Positions 61,037-64,000 of a stretch of 64,000 nt of DNA are shown here, piece after piece; the first letter of the stretch is position 1; every line of letters begins with the position of its first letter. The stretch is from Cyanidioschyzon merolae. Taxonomy: Eukaryota. The notes under the pieces were generated by a model that saw nothing but the letters and a program-made list of their open reading frames with translations, did no database searches and was not told where the DNA came from. Position numbers and translations under genes: made by a program. The stretch lies in NCBI GenBank assembly GCA_000091205.1, contig AP006494.2; one strand, 5' to 3'.

Positions 61037-64000
61037 ATGCCGTACTTTGTGCAAGGGAGTGCGCGAACGTACGTCGCGGTAGCCACCAGCGGGACCGGAA
61101 CACCGGCCTCTACTGCTGGCTCTCCGGTAAGTCTTGACTTGGGACCACGTTCGTGGCATGCGTATCGGGGACAGAACGGGGAAGACAACTGCCCCGTCCA
61201 CCGACGAAATGAAGCAGGTGCAGTTTGTTCAGAGCAGTCAGCGCCAACGCATGCAACGGACGCGGTTCCTGATTCTATTTGGAGTCGTCTGCTATGGAAA
61301 GCGCCAACCACAGCGACAAGACGTCGCACAGGCGAGGAAACTAGCGGAAGCGTATTCGGAGCGTTCCTCGCAAGCGGAAGCGACCAGCGAACACCGTGGC
61401 AGTCCGCAGCGGCACTGGCACTATTTTCTGAAACGTTGCTGCTGGTTGCCAGCACCGATGCAATGTCCATCTGGCTCGCTGAGCGCATACTTCAGCCGGT
61501 TAGCCACTTTACGGATCAAGAATTACAACTTTCACGATATGGTCGAATTCGACAGGCTCTGTGGGGCCCATCGTGCCCATCTCGGCTCTCTGGAATCGGC
61601 CTTAGTGCCAGTGTTGCACTGCTCACGGAGAAGGGCATTGTGCTGCTGCTGACCCTGTCGGCGAAGGACGCCCCAGCGAGCCCCGAGGAAGCACTGCGCC
61701 CATGGTGGAAACTCGCTGACGACGACGCAGCTGTAGAGGTAGACGATTGGCGTCCAGATAAAGCTGACGGGGGTGCTATCAGCGGCATCCAGCCAAGTGC
61801 CGAGGCGCGGAACACGTCACAGGCGCAGCCTCTGGACGAGTCCCTGCACACTGATCATATTCGGTGCACTTGGACGCTTGCTTTGGAACATGTCGCATCG
61901 GTGGCATTGTCGGTTGCCAAGGAGGACGCCTCTTTGACGTCACATGCACTAGCGATGACAGCATGTCCAGCGGGGGTGATCGTAGCCAGCGCAAGCGGCT
62001 GGGTCGAGTGCATCAGCTGGAACGCGAGCACCATATGGAAGGTCGAAATCTTTGGGGAGACCCTCACAGACGAGCAGCTACTCCTCGAGGATATTTCCAT
62101 TTCCTCCAGAGAGGTACACGTGCACTACGATCAACAGCTGCGTTTAGGAGTCCTGTGTTTCCAGCAACAATGGTTGGTGCTCCTCCAGCTCGATTGTGGA
62201 GGATACTGTCGACCACATTGTGCAGCCCCGAGCGTTCGTTTCTATCGATATCCTGGTTTATGTTGCGTCGCCTTGGAGCCGCGGCACGGACTCGTTGGCT
62301 TAGGCATGGCAGACGGCAGTGTTCGTGTGCACCACCTGGAGTCCATGGCGCTCGAGTCGGTTTGCTCGGGCGCTCCGGGGCAGCAGCACGCTGCCCAAGT
62401 CACTCGACGCGTCAGGTCACTTTCCTGGGCCCCAGACGGTGAGGCTTTCGCACTCGCCTGGGATGAGCGAGGCCTGGCGATATGGAGTCGCCACGGCTGT
62501 CGACTGTTCAGCTCCAGCAGCTGGATAGGACCGCAGTCGCAGTCGCAGTCGCAGAAACGCCTGTCTGCAGTTGCGGTTCCCGCTACTCCCGAGCAGGACC
62601 CGCTACGTGTCCGTTCAGTGCACTGGCATCCTACAGGATTATCGATTTTTGTACAGTTTGCAGGAGAGGCTCCGAACGCGAACGCAGCGCTCTTTGGCGT
62701 ACTTCCTCTGCTGCGCCTGACGGGAGAGTTTGGAGGCTCCAGTGTCTGGGAAGGTAACCGCATCTATCCAACCGCATGTGCTGTCACGGACGATGCGGTG
62801 GGTATCGTCTCTATCCAGCGGGAGTGTGCAGATTACCGAACCTTAGGTGCACAGGTCGCACAACTATTGCTCCAACAGTGCGCTGAAGGTGTTGTGCATG
62901 GGCGTCGCTCCACGGCTACCGGGTGGCACTGGATGACGCTTGACGAAGCGTATTTGCGACGAGCCTGGCCGATTCGCCATGTTGCCTGGCAGGCTGCGTC
63001 ATCGTTTCTCGCGGTTTCTGGAACAAGTGGGGTAGCGCTCTGGAACCCTCAGCGTCGACGCTGGCGCTGGACGGAGCCAACTGTACGCGGTGCAGCGGGC
63101 ATCTGCATCGGCCTCGCTTGGCTGGGGCCGTTCCTGCTAACAATTTGGCGAGAAGATGCACCCTATGAGCTTCTCAAAGAAGAACGTTTCAGGTACTATG
63201 CACCTACTAACGTGCTTGCGCAAATCGATGATGCCGACTCGAGAATGTCGGCACGGAAGACGAGTTCTTATACGCTTCGTGTTTTCCATCGCAGTAAGCT
63301 AGGTGAAGAGCGGTTATCGAAACCGCTGCGTTTCCGCCACCGTCCTTTGAAGATTGATGTCCTAGAGTCCGGAATCGTATGGGTATACAATAGCGACTCT
63401 GTGATGCGAGTCTACAGGTTCAGCTGGGAGCAGCGGCGGCCTTGGAGCAGTTCCGTAGACTGGCGCTTTGTCCATTCTCTGCCTCTTCGTGTGGACTACG
63501 GCATCCAGCAGACCAGTGTTGACGGAGAGTGGCTCGAATCCTTTCGAGTGCTACCTTCACGGGTCCTGTCGCAGGGCGGAGAAACAGAGCACGCTTTTCT
63601 GCTTCCATTCGGTGCATGGCCTGGCTCGATTCTGCTGAGTAAGCCTCACAGAGCGGCTACAGAAACCGCAGAATCGCTGGCGAGCTCGCGAGCTGACCAG
63701 CCGTTTTCGACGCAGCATTCGCCACCGTCTGCTGACTCGGGCAGCATGACGAGTCCTTTGGACGCGAGTCGCGAACACAGCGCACTGTCTCAGGCTCCGG
63801 ACGGCATTCCCCGAAGCATGCTCCTAGTCCTAGGCAGTCGTGGGACACTGTTTATTGTGGATCCCCTGACCCAAGCAGAGGACGTGCTTGCGAGCGCGGT
63901 CATCCGTTACTGGTTCACCGCTGACTTGCGGAAACGACACTCGGTGCCTCAGCCTGCGCTTTGGGTCAGCACAGCAAACGGAGTCTATGCCATGAGCAGC
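61037..64000 (+). CDS. RIC1: RIC1 (Rab6 GEF RIC1/Rgp1 complex subunit) homolog, 5' part; runs off the window end
   Basis: Frame open from ATG 61037 to 64000 with no stop (absent from the ORF track for that reason). [17 protein letters not shown]...[33 protein letters not shown] vs human RIC1 MAFGCVSGSVQVYTID...[53 protein letters not shown] vs [34 protein letters not shown] vs GGLAWWNDFMVL. Confidence 0.75.
   Translation, partial: [988 protein letters not shown]

Noticed and set aside
1-64000. Prokaryotic-style features: operons, RBS-spaced gene arrays, CRISPR repeats, defence islands
   Set aside because: Gene content (WD40 corepressor, MYST HAT, eL36, OSBP, RIC1, DTL), alternating strands, divergent promoters and long low-complexity protein inserts are eukaryotic. 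No short direct-repeat/spacer array was seen; the only regular tandem array is the 72 bp minisatellite, which lacks unique spacers.

Overview
This 64 kb window reads as a GC-rich (about 58%), compact, apparently intron-poor eukaryotic nuclear segment. It is not prokaryotic, and I see no operons, CRISPR arrays, rRNA or tRNA genes. Long uninterrupted ORFs on alternating strands encode recognisable eukaryotic proteins: a TBL1-like WD40 corepressor subunit (1142-2917), a SHAQKYF-class Myb protein (3105-4469), a MYST histone acetyltransferase with a chromo barrel (4878-6689), a giant divergent SF3B3/DDB1-family scaffold with a poly-Asp insert (8158-13194), the Fe-S assembly factor Nar1/NARFL (13865-15463), ribosomal protein eL36 (17217-17513), a CDT2/DTL WD40 protein (19063-21291), nucleoside diphosphate kinase (25594-26055), a ZNF593/Bud20 zinc finger (27474-27782), a His-rich CobW/ZNG1 GTPase (29607-31085), a DIPP-type Nudix hydrolase (33009-33617), a DUF2237 protein (36055-36453), a 693-aa type II membrane protein (38662-40743), a sirtuin (41262-42302), an OSBP-related protein (49697-51334), a Yippee/Mss4-like zinc protein (56243-56554), indole-3-glycerol-phosphate synthase (59576-60514), and a RIC1 homolog that runs off the 3' end (61037 onward, not in the ORF track because it has no stop in the window). 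Several large ORFs have no recognisable family (43150-45462, 46889-49114, 56529-57500). The lineage cannot be fixed; the gene content (SHAQKYF Myb, cryptochrome/photolyase-like gene, stand-alone IGPS) suggests an alga or stramenopile-like protist, but that is inference. The non-genic signals that stand out most are: a cryptochrome/photolyase-family ORF that stops inside the FAD domain (34403-35878) and is preceded by a 71-72 bp minisatellite of about 6.5 copies (33878-34325); two AT-richer gene-poor islands (21300-25550 and 51540-56100) holding, respectively, a degenerate DDE transposase relic (24173-24544) and a TnpB/Fanzor-like D-x-N-A-A-I-N motif (52349-52813); a diverged 250-300 bp dispersed repeat present in two same-orientation copies (about 16395-16700 and 52350-52650); a 187 bp head-to-head promoter between the TBL1-like and Myb genes; and several microsatellites and coding homopolymer tracts. 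All protein calls rest on remembered family motifs, not on searches.
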